Of a stretch of 64,000 nucleotides of DNA, positions 25,359 to 35,700 are shown in pieces; position 1 is the stretch's first letter, and every line of letters starts with the position of its first letter. The notes under the pieces are model-generated. The model did not search any database. It was given only the letters and a program-made list of their open reading frames with translations, and was not told where the DNA came from. Made by a program: the position numbers and the translations under genes. Origin of the DNA: Planctomycetota bacterium (GTDB lineage Bacteria; Planctomycetota; B15-G4; SIAN01); contig DAINBU010000005.1 of NCBI GenBank assembly GCA_036732755.1, positions 3,872 to 67,871 of the forward strand, read 5' to 3'.

Positions 25359-28300
25359 TCAGCGGGCCGGCGCCGTCTTGAGCCGGGTGCGGATCGCCGC
25401 GAACGTTTCGGCCCAGGCGCGCGCCTCGTCGTCCCCGAAGGCGGCGCGCGCCCGCGCGACGTCGCGCGCGACCACCAATGCCGGATCGCGCAGCCACCGC
25501 TCGAGCGCCGCTCGCAGCGCGCCGCGCTCCGCGTCGGCGTCGGCGCGCGCGCGCATCTCCTCCTGCAGCCAGGCGCGCGCGGTCGCCGACGTCGCGCGGC
25601 GCGCCGCCTCGGTCAGCCCGTGCACGTCCTCGCCCTCGCCGGCCGCGACCGCGAGCGCGGCGCTCACCGCGTCGACGCACGCGGAGGAGTCGGCGGCGCG
25701 CGTCCCCTTGGGATCGGTCGCGAAGGCGCGCCGCCAGAGGTCGACGGCGAGCGCGCTCGCCTTCTGCTGCTGCGCCGTGCGCGCGCTCGCGACGAGCTCG
25801 GCCGCGCCGGCCGGCTCCCACTCGCCGCTGGTCAGCGCCTCGTAGCGGCGCGCGGCCTCGGCGAGGCCGACCGCCTCCGCTCTACGGCGAACGAGCTCCC
25901 GGTCCGCAGCGACCGCGAGCGCGCGGTCGAAGGCCGCGATCGCCTCGTCGGCGCGTCCGGTCGCGAGCAGGAGGTCCGCCTGGGCGCGCAGCAGCCGGAA
26001 CCGCGTCCACGACCGGGAGAGCAGGTTGAAGCGGCGCTGCACCGACTCGGTGCGCTCGAGCGCTCCCGCCGCGTCGCCGCTCTCCGCGAGCCGCCGGCAG
26101 AGGTCGCCCCAATCTTGCGACCGCTCCTCGCCATCGAGGTTGACCTTGCCGCTGCCGAGGTGGTCGAGCGCGGCGGTGAGGCGCGCGCGCGCCGCCGCCG
26201 TGTCGCCGCGCCGCAGCGCGTCGTCGACGAGGGCGAGTTCGCCGGCGAACGGACGCTCGGCCAGTGCCGCGAGCGTCTCGAATTCGCGCGCCGCCCCCGC
26301 GTCGTCGCCCGCCCGGAAGAGCGTCTGCGCGAGCTCCGTGCGCGCGCCCCCGTGCTCGGGCGTGAGCTCGAGCGCGTGGCGGAACTTCGCCGCGGCCGCG
26401 GGCCAGTCGCACAAGGCGTCGTGGGCGCGCCCCATCACCACGAACGGCGTCGAGATGCTCGGCTCGGTCGCGGCGGCGGCGGTCGCGTAGGCGAGCGCGT
26501 CGGCCCAGCGCGGCGGATCGACCGCCGTCGACCACTCGGCGATCTCGATCGAGAGGACGTAGTCGTCGGGAGCCTTGAGCCACGCCGCGCGGAAGAGGTC
26601 GAGCGCCAGCTCGAACTCCTGTGCCCACACCAGCATGAAGCCGAGGAACGCCGTCGTGCGCCCGTCGAAGTCGCGCGCCGCCGGGTCGTTGGCGATGGCG
26701 AGGATCGCCTGGCGCTGGTCGCGCTGCAGGAGCGACGTCCGGATCTTGATCCGCCACGGGTCGGGGTCGACCCCGTCGCAGACGGCGAGGAAGCGCCGGA
26801 ATTCGAGCGGCTCGCCGCGCACATCGGGCAGCGCGGCGCGCGTCCGGATCCAGCCGAAAATCCCCCCCGCGATCTCGATGCTCCGCTCGCTCGCGCGGAT
26901 CCGCGCGATGATCGCCGCGTCGTCCATGGTGGAGAAGTCGACGCCCCAGTCGCGGTACGTCTTCTCGAAGTCGGCGTCGACGACCGGCCACGGCGCGACG
27001 CTCCAGCTGCCGAAGATGCGACCGATGTCGTTCACGAGCGCTTCGTCGCGGTCGCTCTCCGCGGCCGCCGCCGTGAGGCGTGCCGCCTCGGCGTCGGCCT
27101 CCTGCGTGATCGCCTCGCCCGGTTCGCCGGCGTGCGCGGCGTCCCGCGCCTGGAGCGCGGCGGCGGCCGCGTCGTGCCAGAGCTTGAGATTGGCGGGCGC
27201 CTCCATGGCGGCGGCGTCCTGCGCCAACGTGCGCGCGCGCGCCAGCGCCTCCTGCACCGGCCGCGCGGCGGCCTCCTGCCGCAGCCGCTGGTCCCGCTCG
27301 GACTTGAGCCAGACTGCCCCGAAGATCAGCAGCGCGGCGACGATGGTGAGCGCGAGCGCGGTCGTGAGGCGCCGCGCGCGCCGCTCCTCGCCCGCCTTCG
27401 CGGTGGCGGCGGCCGCGGCGACCTCGGCGGCGTGCGCCCGCTCGCCGAGCGCGGCGCGGTGCGCGCTGACCGCCGTCGCGACGTCGCGTCCATCGCGCGG
27501 CCGCGCGGCCGGATCGGCCGAAAGGCAGGCGCGCGCCAGCGCGACGAGCTCGGCGTCGGCGCCGCAGCGGTCGAGCCGCGCGAGCGCGTCGTCGAGCCGG
27601 CCGACGCGCGCCGACTCGAAGACGCTCTCGAGGTCGCCGACGTAGGGCGGCTTGCCGGTCAGGATCTCGCAGAGCAGCGCGCCGAGCGAGAAGACGTCAG
27701 CGCGTTCGTCGACGCGCTCGATCTCGCCGCGCGCCTGCTCGGGCGGCATGTAGGCGAGCGTGCCCAGGACCGAGCCCGCCTGCGAATGGAACTGCGAGCT
27801 CGAGAGGCGCGGCGTCGCCGGGTCGGCGGCGTGGTCCTGCGCGCCGTCCGCGGGCGCGGACGGCGGCACGTCGGGCGCCGCGACGCCGACCACCTTCGCG
27901 AGCCCCCAGTCGGCGACCTGCACCTCGCCGAACGCACCGACCATCACGTTCGCCGGCTTCAAGTCGCGGTGGATCACGCCGCGCGAGTGGGCGTAGGCGA
28001 CCGCATGGCAGACCTGCTCGAAGATCGCCATGAAGCGGGCGCGCTCGTCGGCGGGGTCGGCGCGCGCGGCGAGCAGGCTCGCCAGCGTGCGCCCCTGCAC
28101 GAGCTTCATCGTGAAGTAGGGGCGTGCGTCCTTGGTCCGCCCCATTTCGTAGACCGGCACGGTGCCGGGGTGCTCGAGGTGGCCGCCGATGCGCGCCTCG
28201 GCGACGAAGCGCGCGCTCAACGCCTCGTGCGCCGAATGCTCCGGCCGCAGGACCTTGATCGCGACGTCGCGCTCGAGCTCGCGGTCGTGGCCGCGCACCA

Positions 28301-28499
28301 CGACGCCGACGCCGCCGCGGCCGAGCTCGCCGAGCACGACGTAGCGGTCGGAGACGTCGATCGGCTCCTCGAGCGGGCGGTCGGGCGCAGGCGCCGCCGC
28401 CTCGGCCGACGGCGACGGCCGCGCGAACGCGGCCGCGAGCAGCCGATCGAGCTCGGCGTCGTCGCCCGGCTTCGTCGGGGGCGGATCGCTCGCGGTCAC
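25359..28499 (-). CDS. Serine/threonine protein kinase with TM helix and TPR-rich C-terminus, 1046 aa
   Basis: Motifs GRGGVGVV, VAIK, HRDLKPAN, DWG and GTLAYMPPEQ. One TM helix (LALTIVAALLIFGAVWL), then helical repeats. Confidence 0.93.
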   Translation of the reverse strand: MTASDPPPTKPGDDAELDRLLAAAFARPSPSAEAAAPAPDRPLEEPIDVSDRYVVLGELGRGGVGVVVRGHDRELERDVAIKVLRPEHSAHEALSARFVAEARIGGHLEHPGTVPVYEMGRTKDARPYFTMKLVQGRTLASLLAARADPADERARFMAIFEQVCHAVAYAHSRGVIHRDLKPANVMVGAFGEVQVADWGLAKVVGVAAPDVPPSAPADGAQDHAADPATPRLSSSQFHSQAGSVLGTLAYMPPEQARGEIERVDERADVFSLGALLCEILTGKPPYVGDLESVFESARVGRLDDALARLDRCGADAELVALARACLSADPAARPRDGRDVATAVSAHRAALGERAHAAEVAAAAATAKAGEERRARRLTTALALTIVAALLIFGAVWLKSERDQRLRQEAAARPVQEALARARTLAQDAAAMEAPANLKLWHDAAAAALQARDAAHAGEPGEAITQEADAEAARLTAAAAESDRDEALVNDIGRIFGSWSVAPWPVVDADFEKTYRDWGVDFSTMDDAAIIARIRASERSIEIAGGIFGWIRTRAALPDVRGEPLEFRRFLAVCDGVDPDPWRIKIRTSLLQRDQRQAILAIANDPAARDFDGRTTAFLGFMLVWAQEFELALDLFRAAWLKAPDDYVLSIEIAEWSTAVDPPRWADALAYATAAAATEPSISTPFVVMGRAHDALCDWPAAAAKFRHALELTPEHGGARTELAQTLFRAGDDAGAAREFETLAALAERPFAGELALVDDALRRGDTAAARARLTAALDHLGSGKVNLDGEERSQDWGDLCRRLAESGDAAGALERTESVQRRFNLLSRSWTRFRLLRAQADLLLATGRADEAIAAFDRALAVAADRELVRRRAEAVGLAEAARRYEALTSGEWEPAGAAELVASARTAQQQKASALAVDLWRRAFATDPKGTRAADSSACVDAVSAALAVAAGEGEDVHGLTEAARRATSATARAWLQEEMRARADADAERGALRAALERWLRDPALVVARDVARARAAFGDDEARAWAETFAAIRTRLKTAPAR

Positions 28500-28518
28500 G
28501 GCGCTCTCCCTCTTCCCC

Positions 28519-29205
28519 TCAACCGTCCAGCAGCTGCACGAGCTGCGCGCACTGCCGCGCCACCTCGCCCGCCGTGCCGCCGCATTCGAGCGCGACCACC
28601 GCCTGGAGCGCCGCCCGGAATTCGTCGCGCGCCCGTGCGTACTCGTGGTGGAGCTTGCCGGCGTCGACCCCCCACTCGCGCGCGACGTCGCGGATCGGCG
28701 CGCCGTCGCTGAAGCGCCGCCGCAGGAGCTCGACGCGCCGGCGCGCGCCGGCGTCGCCGCGCGCCGCCTCCTCGGACATCCGGTGTGCAGCTGCGCGCAC
28801 GAGCGCCTGCGCCCAGGCGCGGTCGAAGGCGCGCGAGAGCGTCGGCTCGTCGGCCGGCAGCGCGTCGAGGCCGCCGCTCTCCGAGAGGTGCGCGGCGCGC
28901 GGCCGCGCCGCCTCGGCGCGCAGCGCGACGTGGCGCGCGACGCCGTAGAGGAAGGCCCGGAAGCCGCCGGCGCGCTCTTCGTCGGCCTTCGCCAGCGCGC
29001 CGCCCTGGCGGAAGCACTCGACGAAGACCTCCTGCGTCGCGTCGCCGACCTCCTCGCGCAGGCGCGGGCGCCCGCGCCAGCGCGCGGCGAGGTAGGCGCG
29101 GATCGGCTCGGCGTAGCGGCGCACGAACTCCTCGCGCTCGGGCGCCGCGTCGGCGCGCGCGGCGGCGCGGATCACCGTCCAGCAGGTCGAGTTCGCGCCG
29201 TCCAT
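28519..29205 (-). CDS. ECF RNA polymerase sigma factor (kinase-associated type)
   Basis: STCWTVIRAA N-terminus, region 2 FVRRYAEPIRAYL..DATQEVFVECF..GFRAFL, AFDRAWA linker and a region 4 HTH. Directly upstream of the kinase. Confidence 0.88.
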   Translation of the reverse strand: MDGANSTCWTVIRAAARADAAPEREEFVRRYAEPIRAYLAARWRGRPRLREEVGDATQEVFVECFRQGGALAKADEERAGGFRAFLYGVARHVALRAEAARPRAAHLSESGGLDALPADEPTLSRAFDRAWAQALVRAAAHRMSEEAARGDAGARRRVELLRRRFSDGAPIRDVAREWGVDAGKLHHEYARARDEFRAALQAVVALECGGTAGEVARQCAQLVQLLDG

Positions 29206-29224
29206 GGTCTCCGTCGCAGCGGGT

Positions 29225-29281
29225 GCTCAGCTGGACGCGTTTTCGCGCCGGAAAAATCGGCGCGAAAACGCGCGGCTGAGC
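29225..29281. repeat. Long inverted repeat/hairpin: 15-bp perfect stem (29236-29250 / 29258-29272) extended by a 7-bp outer stem
   Basis: CGCGTTTTCGCGCCG-GAAAAAT-CGGCGCGAAAACGCG, flanked by GCTCAGC (29225-29231) and GCTGAGC (29275-29281). Confidence 0.85.
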
Positions 29282-29285
29282 GGTC

Positions 29286-29309
29286 GGCCGAGTACGGCCG
29301 AACTCGGCC
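29286..29309. repeat. 8-bp inverted repeat abutting the pseudokinase stop codon
   Basis: GGCCGAGT-N8-ACTCGGCC. Confidence 0.6.
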
Positions 29310-31130
29310 TCAGTCTGCTCTCCGGACACCGTGGACGCATAGGCCGGCGCCGGCCGGGCGGAACAGGACGATGCGCGCGGGCAGCCAGAGGCGCCGGCCG
29401 GTCACCTCGTGCCAGACGACGCGCTGGCGCGCGGCGGGGCCGACGCTCGTCGCCCAGCTGCGCGCCGCCGCGTCCCAGCGGGCGAGCTCGGGCGCGAGCT
29501 CGACCTCGAAAGCGTCGGCCTCCGGGTCCCACGCGATTCTCAGCCGGGCGCAGAGCGGCGGCGGGAGGACGTCGGGCGCCGCGAGGCCGCGGTCGGACGG
29601 GCTCGGCAGCTCGATCTCGAGGAGGCGCGCGGCGGCGCCCGGCCACGGCTCGCTCGCGGCATCGAGTTCGGGGGCGCGCGTGCGCGTCGCGAGGAGGCGG
29701 GCGCGGCGCAGCTCGCCGCCGCGCTCGTCGCGGTCGACGGCGAGGCGCAGCTCGAGCGCGCTCGCGTCGCCGAACTCGACGCGCGCGCCGCTCGCGACGG
29801 CGGGGGTCGCGTCTTCGCGATGGAGGCGCAGCTCGAGCGTGAAGGGCGCGCCGTCGTTCGGTGAGGAGCCGAGCGACCAGGCGGCGACGCTCGCCTCCTC
29901 GCCGAACGACTGGCGGGCGGCGGGGTCGTCGCCGCCGGCGTACCAATCGGGCCCGAGCCCCGAAAGCGCGGCTGCGTCGGAGTCGGGAAGCAGCGCATGC
30001 GCCGGCTCGCCGTCGGTGATCTCGAGCGTCCCTTCGAGCGGCGCAGGTGGCGTACGGTCGGCGAGGGCGCGCACGCGGACGCGCCGCTGCCGCAGCCCGA
30101 ACGGCGCCGTGAACTCGAGGACGTCGGGCTTCGACGCGGCGGTCACGAGCCCCTCCGGCTCGAGCACCTGCCAGCGCAGGTTGGTGGCGGGCGCGGCGGG
30201 TGCGGCGGCGGACGCCGTGAATGCGACGCGCTCGCCTTCGCGCACCGGCGCGAACGGCTCGCTCGCGCGCGCGCGCGTCACGACGATCGCTCCGCCCGCC
30301 GCCGCCGGCGCCCTCGACGGCGCGGTCGTCCCGGCGAGCGCCGACGGACCGGGGAGCGTCCGCGACGGCGGACCGGCCGGCGGGCCGTAGCGTGTTCGGA
30401 CCTCGCGCGCGATCCAGATCACTGTGGCGAGCAGCACCAGCGCGATCGCGAGGGAGGTCTTGGCGCTCGGCCGGCGCGGCCCCTGAAGCGTCTCGCAGCT
30501 CGCGATCCAGTCGTCCCACGACAGGCCGGAGGGCGCGACGCCTGCGGCGGAGAGTGCGCCGAGCTCGCGCGCGAGCCGCGTCAGGTCCTCGAGATCCTGC
30601 GCGTGCAGCAGCGGCGTCGTCGCCTCGCCGCGCGCGACCGCGAAGCCTCCGAGGCGCGGCGTGAACGGCAGCTCGCCGCCGCCGCCGCGCGCGTCGAGCC
30701 GGACGTGGCGCGCCGCGACGGCGCCGTGGGCGAGCTCGTGCGCCTGTGCGTGGCGCAGCGCGGCCGCGAGCGCGCGCACCAGCGCGAGCGCCTGCGGCGG
30801 CGCGAGCCGCTTCCCTTCGCGCAGCCACTCGACGAGCGTCGGTCCCTCGACTTTCGAAAAGACGAGGTAGGCGCTCCCGTCCGCGGTCACGCCTGCGTCG
30901 AGGCACTCGACGATCCCCGGATGGACGGCGGCGACGAGGCGCGCGGCGTCGCGGCGGAAGCGCTCGACCGCCGCCGCGTCGCGCGGCGGCTCGGAGAGGA
31001 TGCGCACCAGGACCGGCCGGTCGACGTAGGTCTGGCGGCCTTCGTACTCGACCGCGTCGTCGCCCCCGCCGGCAGGCGCGACCGCGCGATCGAGCGTGAC
31101 CCCCGGGATCGTCGGACGCGCGCCGGTCAT
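29310..31130 (-). CDS. Membrane-anchored pseudokinase with extracytoplasmic beta-rich domains, about 606 aa
   Basis: Start ATG 31130 (ATGA overlap). Kinase N-lobe scaffold (RPVLVRIL, ERFRRDA, HPGIV, YLVFSKVEGPTL) with the catalytic motifs replaced, then a TM helix LAIALVLLATVIWIA. Confidence 0.72.
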   Translation of the reverse strand: MTGARPTIPGVTLDRAVAPAGGGDDAVEYEGRQTYVDRPVLVRILSEPPRDAAAVERFRRDAARLVAAVHPGIVECLDAGVTADGSAYLVFSKVEGPTLVEWLREGKRLAPPQALALVRALAAALRHAQAHELAHGAVAARHVRLDARGGGGELPFTPRLGGFAVARGEATTPLLHAQDLEDLTRLARELGALSAAGVAPSGLSWDDWIASCETLQGPRRPSAKTSLAIALVLLATVIWIAREVRTRYGPPAGPPSRTLPGPSALAGTTAPSRAPAAAGGAIVVTRARASEPFAPVREGERVAFTASAAAPAAPATNLRWQVLEPEGLVTAASKPDVLEFTAPFGLRQRRVRVRALADRTPPAPLEGTLEITDGEPAHALLPDSDAAALSGLGPDWYAGGDDPAARQSFGEEASVAAWSLGSSPNDGAPFTLELRLHREDATPAVASGARVEFGDASALELRLAVDRDERGGELRRARLLATRTRAPELDAASEPWPGAAARLLEIELPSPSDRGLAAPDVLPPPLCARLRIAWDPEADAFEVELAPELARWDAAARSWATSVGPAARQRVVWHEVTGRRLWLPARIVLFRPAGAGLCVHGVRRAD

Positions 31131-32731
31131 GGGCGCGCGCGCAGCTCGCGGATCGCCTCGACGAGGCGGCGCGCCGACGGCCGATCGGCGGCGTTGCGGC
31201 CGACGTAGACGAAGCGCACGATCCCCTCCTCGTCCAGGATCAGGCTGGTCGGCAGCGCGAGCCGCTCCGGGATGCCGAGCGCGTTCACCAGCTCGAGGTC
31301 CTTGTCGAAGAGGCAGGGAAAGGGCGGCTGCGCCGAGCGCCCGCCGCGGCGCCACGCTTCGAGGAACGCCTCCCACCCGCTCTCCGGCCCGGGATAGACC
31401 AGCAGCGTCTCGACGCCGAGGCCCTGCAGCGCGCCGCGCGCGTCGTCGGCCGAGAGCGCCTTCGTCTGCGCGTCGCAGTAGACGCAGACGCCCGACGCGA
31501 AGCCGCGCAGCACGACGATCAGGACCTTGCGGCCCTGGAGTGACGCGAGGTCGAGCGTACGGCCGTCGGCGACCCGGAAGCGCGTGATCGGGAAGGGCCG
31601 GCCGAGCCAGCGGCGCGCGCGCGCCTCGTCGCCCTCGTCGTCGGGCTCGGACGTCGCGACGTTGTCGTAGGTGCCGGCGGTGGCGGGCAGACGCGACGGA
31701 GGGTGCATGCCGTAGGCGGCGACGAACTCTTGCGCGACGCGCTCGTCGCGCACGGTCGATGGCGGCGACTGGATCGGCGCTTCGAGCGCCTTCGGCCGCG
31801 CGTCGGCGGCCGCCACGACGCGCGCGACGGCGGCGGCGCGTGCGAGCGCGGCGGGGTCGAGCGGCTGCGCTGCGAATTCCAGCGCGAAGTGCGCCGACGC
31901 CTCTGGCGTCCGCCCCGAGTCGACGTCGCCGCCCGGGTCGAACGACGGCGGAGGCGCGCTCGATTCGGGCCGCCACGGCCGCGCGACCCCTTCGATCCAG
32001 AGCTGCCACTCGCCGACGGCGCGCCCCGCCTTCACCTCGCCCATCGCGAGCGGACTGCCGTCGCGATTCCACGCGATCCAGCGCCCCTGCGGCGCGTCGT
32101 CGACGACGTCGCCCGCGATCCACGGAGCTCCCGACGCATGGCGCACGCTCCAGCGTCCGACGCGCCGGCCGTCGCGCACCAGGCCGATGCGGCGGACCGC
32201 GCCTCCTTCGGGCGCGGTCTCGACGACGAGCTTCTCGCCGGCCGCTTCGGGACCGGCCCAGCGCTCGTGCAACGCGCCGCTCCCGTCGCCCTCGCTCTCG
32301 ATCCAGCGGCCGACCGGATGGCCGTCGTCGAACTCGCCCTGGCGCACGATGCGCCCCTGCTCGTCCTGGAAGGTCCAGAGGCCGACCTCGCGCCCCTTCG
32401 CGAAGAAGCCGCGCGCGCGCGGACCGCCGCCGCGCCACCACCACTGCCAGTACCCGTCGCGCAGCTCGTCGCGATAGTCGCCTTCGGCGTCGGGCGAGCC
32501 GTCGTCGTGGAAGTACTTCCAGTGGCCGGTCGGCGCGTCCTCGGCGTAGTCGCCGCTCGCCTGGAGCCGGCCGTTCGGCCACCAGTAGCTCCACGGGCCG
32601 ACCTGCCGGCCGGAGCGCAGCGATCCGCTGCGGCGCGGGCCGCCATCGGGCCACGTCTCGCGATGCTCCGTCGCGCAGCCCGAGAAGAGGGTGAAGCACG
32701 TGATGACAAGTGCGAGCGCGGTGCGGTTCAT
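31127..32731 (-). CDS. Lipoprotein with MORN-variant (YwqK-like) repeats and a C-terminal AhpC/TSA redoxin domain
   Basis: Start ATG 32731 with lipobox FSGC. Repeats G.W.Y....G....G. C-terminal thioredoxin fold with CVYC and PTSLILDEEGIVRFVYVG. Confidence 0.8.
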   Translation of the reverse strand: MNRTALALVITCFTLFSGCATEHRETWPDGGPRRSGSLRSGRQVGPWSYWWPNGRLQASGDYAEDAPTGHWKYFHDDGSPDAEGDYRDELRDGYWQWWWRGGGPRARGFFAKGREVGLWTFQDEQGRIVRQGEFDDGHPVGRWIESEGDGSGALHERWAGPEAAGEKLVVETAPEGGAVRRIGLVRDGRRVGRWSVRHASGAPWIAGDVVDDAPQGRWIAWNRDGSPLAMGEVKAGRAVGEWQLWIEGVARPWRPESSAPPPSFDPGGDVDSGRTPEASAHFALEFAAQPLDPAALARAAAVARVVAAADARPKALEAPIQSPPSTVRDERVAQEFVAAYGMHPPSRLPATAGTYDNVATSEPDDEGDEARARRWLGRPFPITRFRVADGRTLDLASLQGRKVLIVVLRGFASGVCVYCDAQTKALSADDARGALQGLGVETLLVYPGPESGWEAFLEAWRRGGRSAQPPFPCLFDKDLELVNALGIPERLALPTSLILDEEGIVRFVYVGRNAADRPSARRLVEAIRELRARP

Positions 32732-35700
32732 TTCGGCTCGACGAAGATCGGGCTCGACCAGCTCATCTCGCCGGCCGCGTCGACGACGCGCGCGTAGTAC
32801 CACGCGTGCTCCGTCGGCGGCGGCGGAGTCGGGTCGGTCCACTCATCATGCAGTCGGTCGACGCCGAGCCCAGGGTCGAGCTCGACCCGTTCGGCGCCGC
32901 CGTCCGCAGCAGGCGCGAGCGTCCACGGGCCGGCCACCGCCTGCCCGCCGAGCTTGCTTTCGGAGAGCGCGCGCAACGTCGTCGCGGCCGGCTGACCGTC
33001 GATCTCGAGCGTGAGCGGCTCGTCGGGCGCCGCCGCGACGTCGAATTCGAGGAGGACGACGCGGCGGTAGTTCTCCTCGGCGGCGGGCGAGGAGAGGGTC
33101 GCCTCGCGCGGGCCGTCGGCGTCGGCCTTCAGGTGCTGCCGCTCGGGGTCGGCGGCGGGATTGCCGCGCGCGACCCGGACCGAGCCCGCTGGCGCGGCGA
33201 GGCGGACGCGCCGCGCGCTGGTCCGCTCGTCGGCGGCGATCCACCACTGCAGGCGCAGGCGAACCGCGGAGGTACCGCCTGCCGTCGACGCGGCCAGCGG
33301 CGCCGCACGGGACTTTCGGCCGAGCGCGTGCACGACCGCGCCGTCGCGGAAGATCACGACCTCGGCCAGCTTGCGCGTCCCGTGCACGTCGAGCGTGAAG
33401 CGGCCCGGCCCGCCCGCCTTCACCGCTCTCCCCATCAGGACGCCGTCGCGCCGGAAGTCGACCACCAGCCCCTTCGTGGTCGACGCGAAGGTGCGCCGGT
33501 CCCGCAGCGCGTCGAAGATCGCGTCGCGGTCGAGACGCTCCGCCAGCGCGACCGCGTACGCCTCGCCGTTGCCGTGGTCGGACGAGGCGATCAGCCCGAA
33601 CTGCAGCCCCTCGTTCAACGCGTCCTGCACGAAGTTGCCGTCGGAGCCGGCGCTCTCCGCCATGCGGAAGCAGCCTTCGAACTCGTAGCTCGAGCGCGAC
33701 GACTGGAAGAGCTCGACGACGCGCACGAAGCGCGGGTCGAAGCGGCTCCAGTCGGTGCCCATCTTCGCGTGGCCGGGGTGGTGCGGGATGGTGATCGCGT
33801 CGCGCGGGTCGAGCTGCGACCAGAGCAGATCGGCCGTCGCGTAGTCGCCGCCGGTGGCGGCGAGCAGGTCGGTGCGGCGGCGGAAGATCACGTTCTGGTG
33901 GCCGGTCGCGAGGTTCGACCACTCGAAGCCCTGCAGCACGCAGAGCTCGGGCGAATGGGCCAGGTCGACCAGCTTGCAGCCGTTCCACGCCTGCAGCGGA
34001 TCGGTCTGGCCGGGGTGGTCGGTGAGCGCGAAGAAGTCGTCGTGCCACGCCTCGCGCGCGAAGACGTAGCGGTCGAGCGGCCGCGCCTCGAGCCCTTCGA
34101 GGCAGCGCGAGGCGTTCGAGTGGCGGTGGAGGTCGCCGTAATAGAGGAAGAGAGGGGCGCTCCCGGCCGCGGGGGCGAGCGCCTCGTGGACGCCGCCGGA
34201 GAGCACCGGGTCGGCGTCGGGCGCGCCGAGCGGGTCGACGCGCAGGCCGTCCTTTCCGAGCGCGGAAGCGCGCTCGGGCCGCGTCGCCGGCGTCCGCTCG
34301 CGCACGGCCGGCGGCCCGCCCTGCTCGCGCGCGCCGTGCGGCACGAACGCGAACTGCAGCCGCGCCGGCCCGAAACCTCCGGCCAGGTGGAAGCCGCGGG
34401 CGTCGAGCGGCGCGGCGTAGGGTGGAGCGGCGCCGCGCGGGAACCAGCGCAGCGTGTTCTGCCGCTGCTTCACGCGATCGTCGGCGGCGCCGACGATCCA
34501 CGCGCCGCTCGCGCCGGCGGCGAGCAGCGGCTCCTCGATCTCGCCCTCGCTGCCGGTCACGAGCGCGGCGTCGCTCCAGCCGTCGGCACCGAGCGTCCGG
34601 AAGAGCAGCGGGTAGGAGTGCGGCGGACCGGCGCCCTCCTCGGGCTCGAAGTAGCGCTGCGCGAGCAGCAGCCGTCCGGCCGGATCGAACGCGAGGCGCG
34701 GCAGCGCGCCCGACCACGAGAGGCGCGTCCCCTCGGGCAGGACCGGCGTCGCGCCGGCCGGTGCGACGAGGTCGAGCACGCGCCCGCCGTCGAGGCAGGC
34801 GAGCGCGAGCGACGCCTCGCGCCCGCGGTGCTCCTCGCCGGGCAGCTTGGGCCAGCTGCGGCCGCGGCGCGGATCGTCGAGCACGTCCCACGCGAGCCAG
34901 ACGCGGCCGTCGCCCCCGACCGCGAGCGCCGGATGGAAGTCGTCGGTGCGCGGGTCGGCGCTCACGGAGAGCACGGCCCCGAGCTCGCCCTTCTCCGGAT
35001 CGAAGCGGCGCGCCACCACCTCGAAGTCGCGCCCCTGCCACTGCGTCCACGCGATCCAGAGCGCGCCGTCGGGCGCGGCGGCGAGCGCCGGCTGCAGGTC
35101 GCCGAAGCGGCCGTCGCCGACGCGCACCGGCGCGCCGAGCCGGTCGCCTTCGAGCGGCGCGAGCCAGACGTCCGAGCCGGGGTGCGCGCCTTCGGGGGCG
35201 TGGCGGTTCTCGAAGGCGAGCCACGCCTTCCCGCCGCGCACCGCGAGCGCCGGCCGCGACAGGCAGCCGACCAGCTTCACCAGCGGCACGACCGCGCCGA
35301 TCCCCTGGGCGTCGCGCCGCACGAAGGCGAGCTCGGCGACGCCCTTCTGCTGGCGGACGAAGACGACCAGCAGCTCGGTCGCGCTCGGCGCGACCGCCTG
35401 CGGCCAGAAGCACTCGCCCGGCGCCGTCGTCACGAGCGCGACGCGCGGCGCGAGGCCGGGCTCGACCTCGGCGAGCGCGACCTGGTCGCCCGCCGCCGGG
35501 TCCCACACCAGGAACGCGAGCGCGAGCCGGTCGCCCGCGACGACGACGCCGCCCGGCGCGTAGCGCTCGTGGCGCGGACTCGCGAGCGAGCACGCGGCCG
35601 GCAGCCGCGGATAGGACTCCTTCGGGCGCGCCGCGACGTCGCGCTCGCCCGCGGCGTCGTCCTCCTGAGTCGCGCATGCTGCGCGTGGCGCGGCGCGCGC

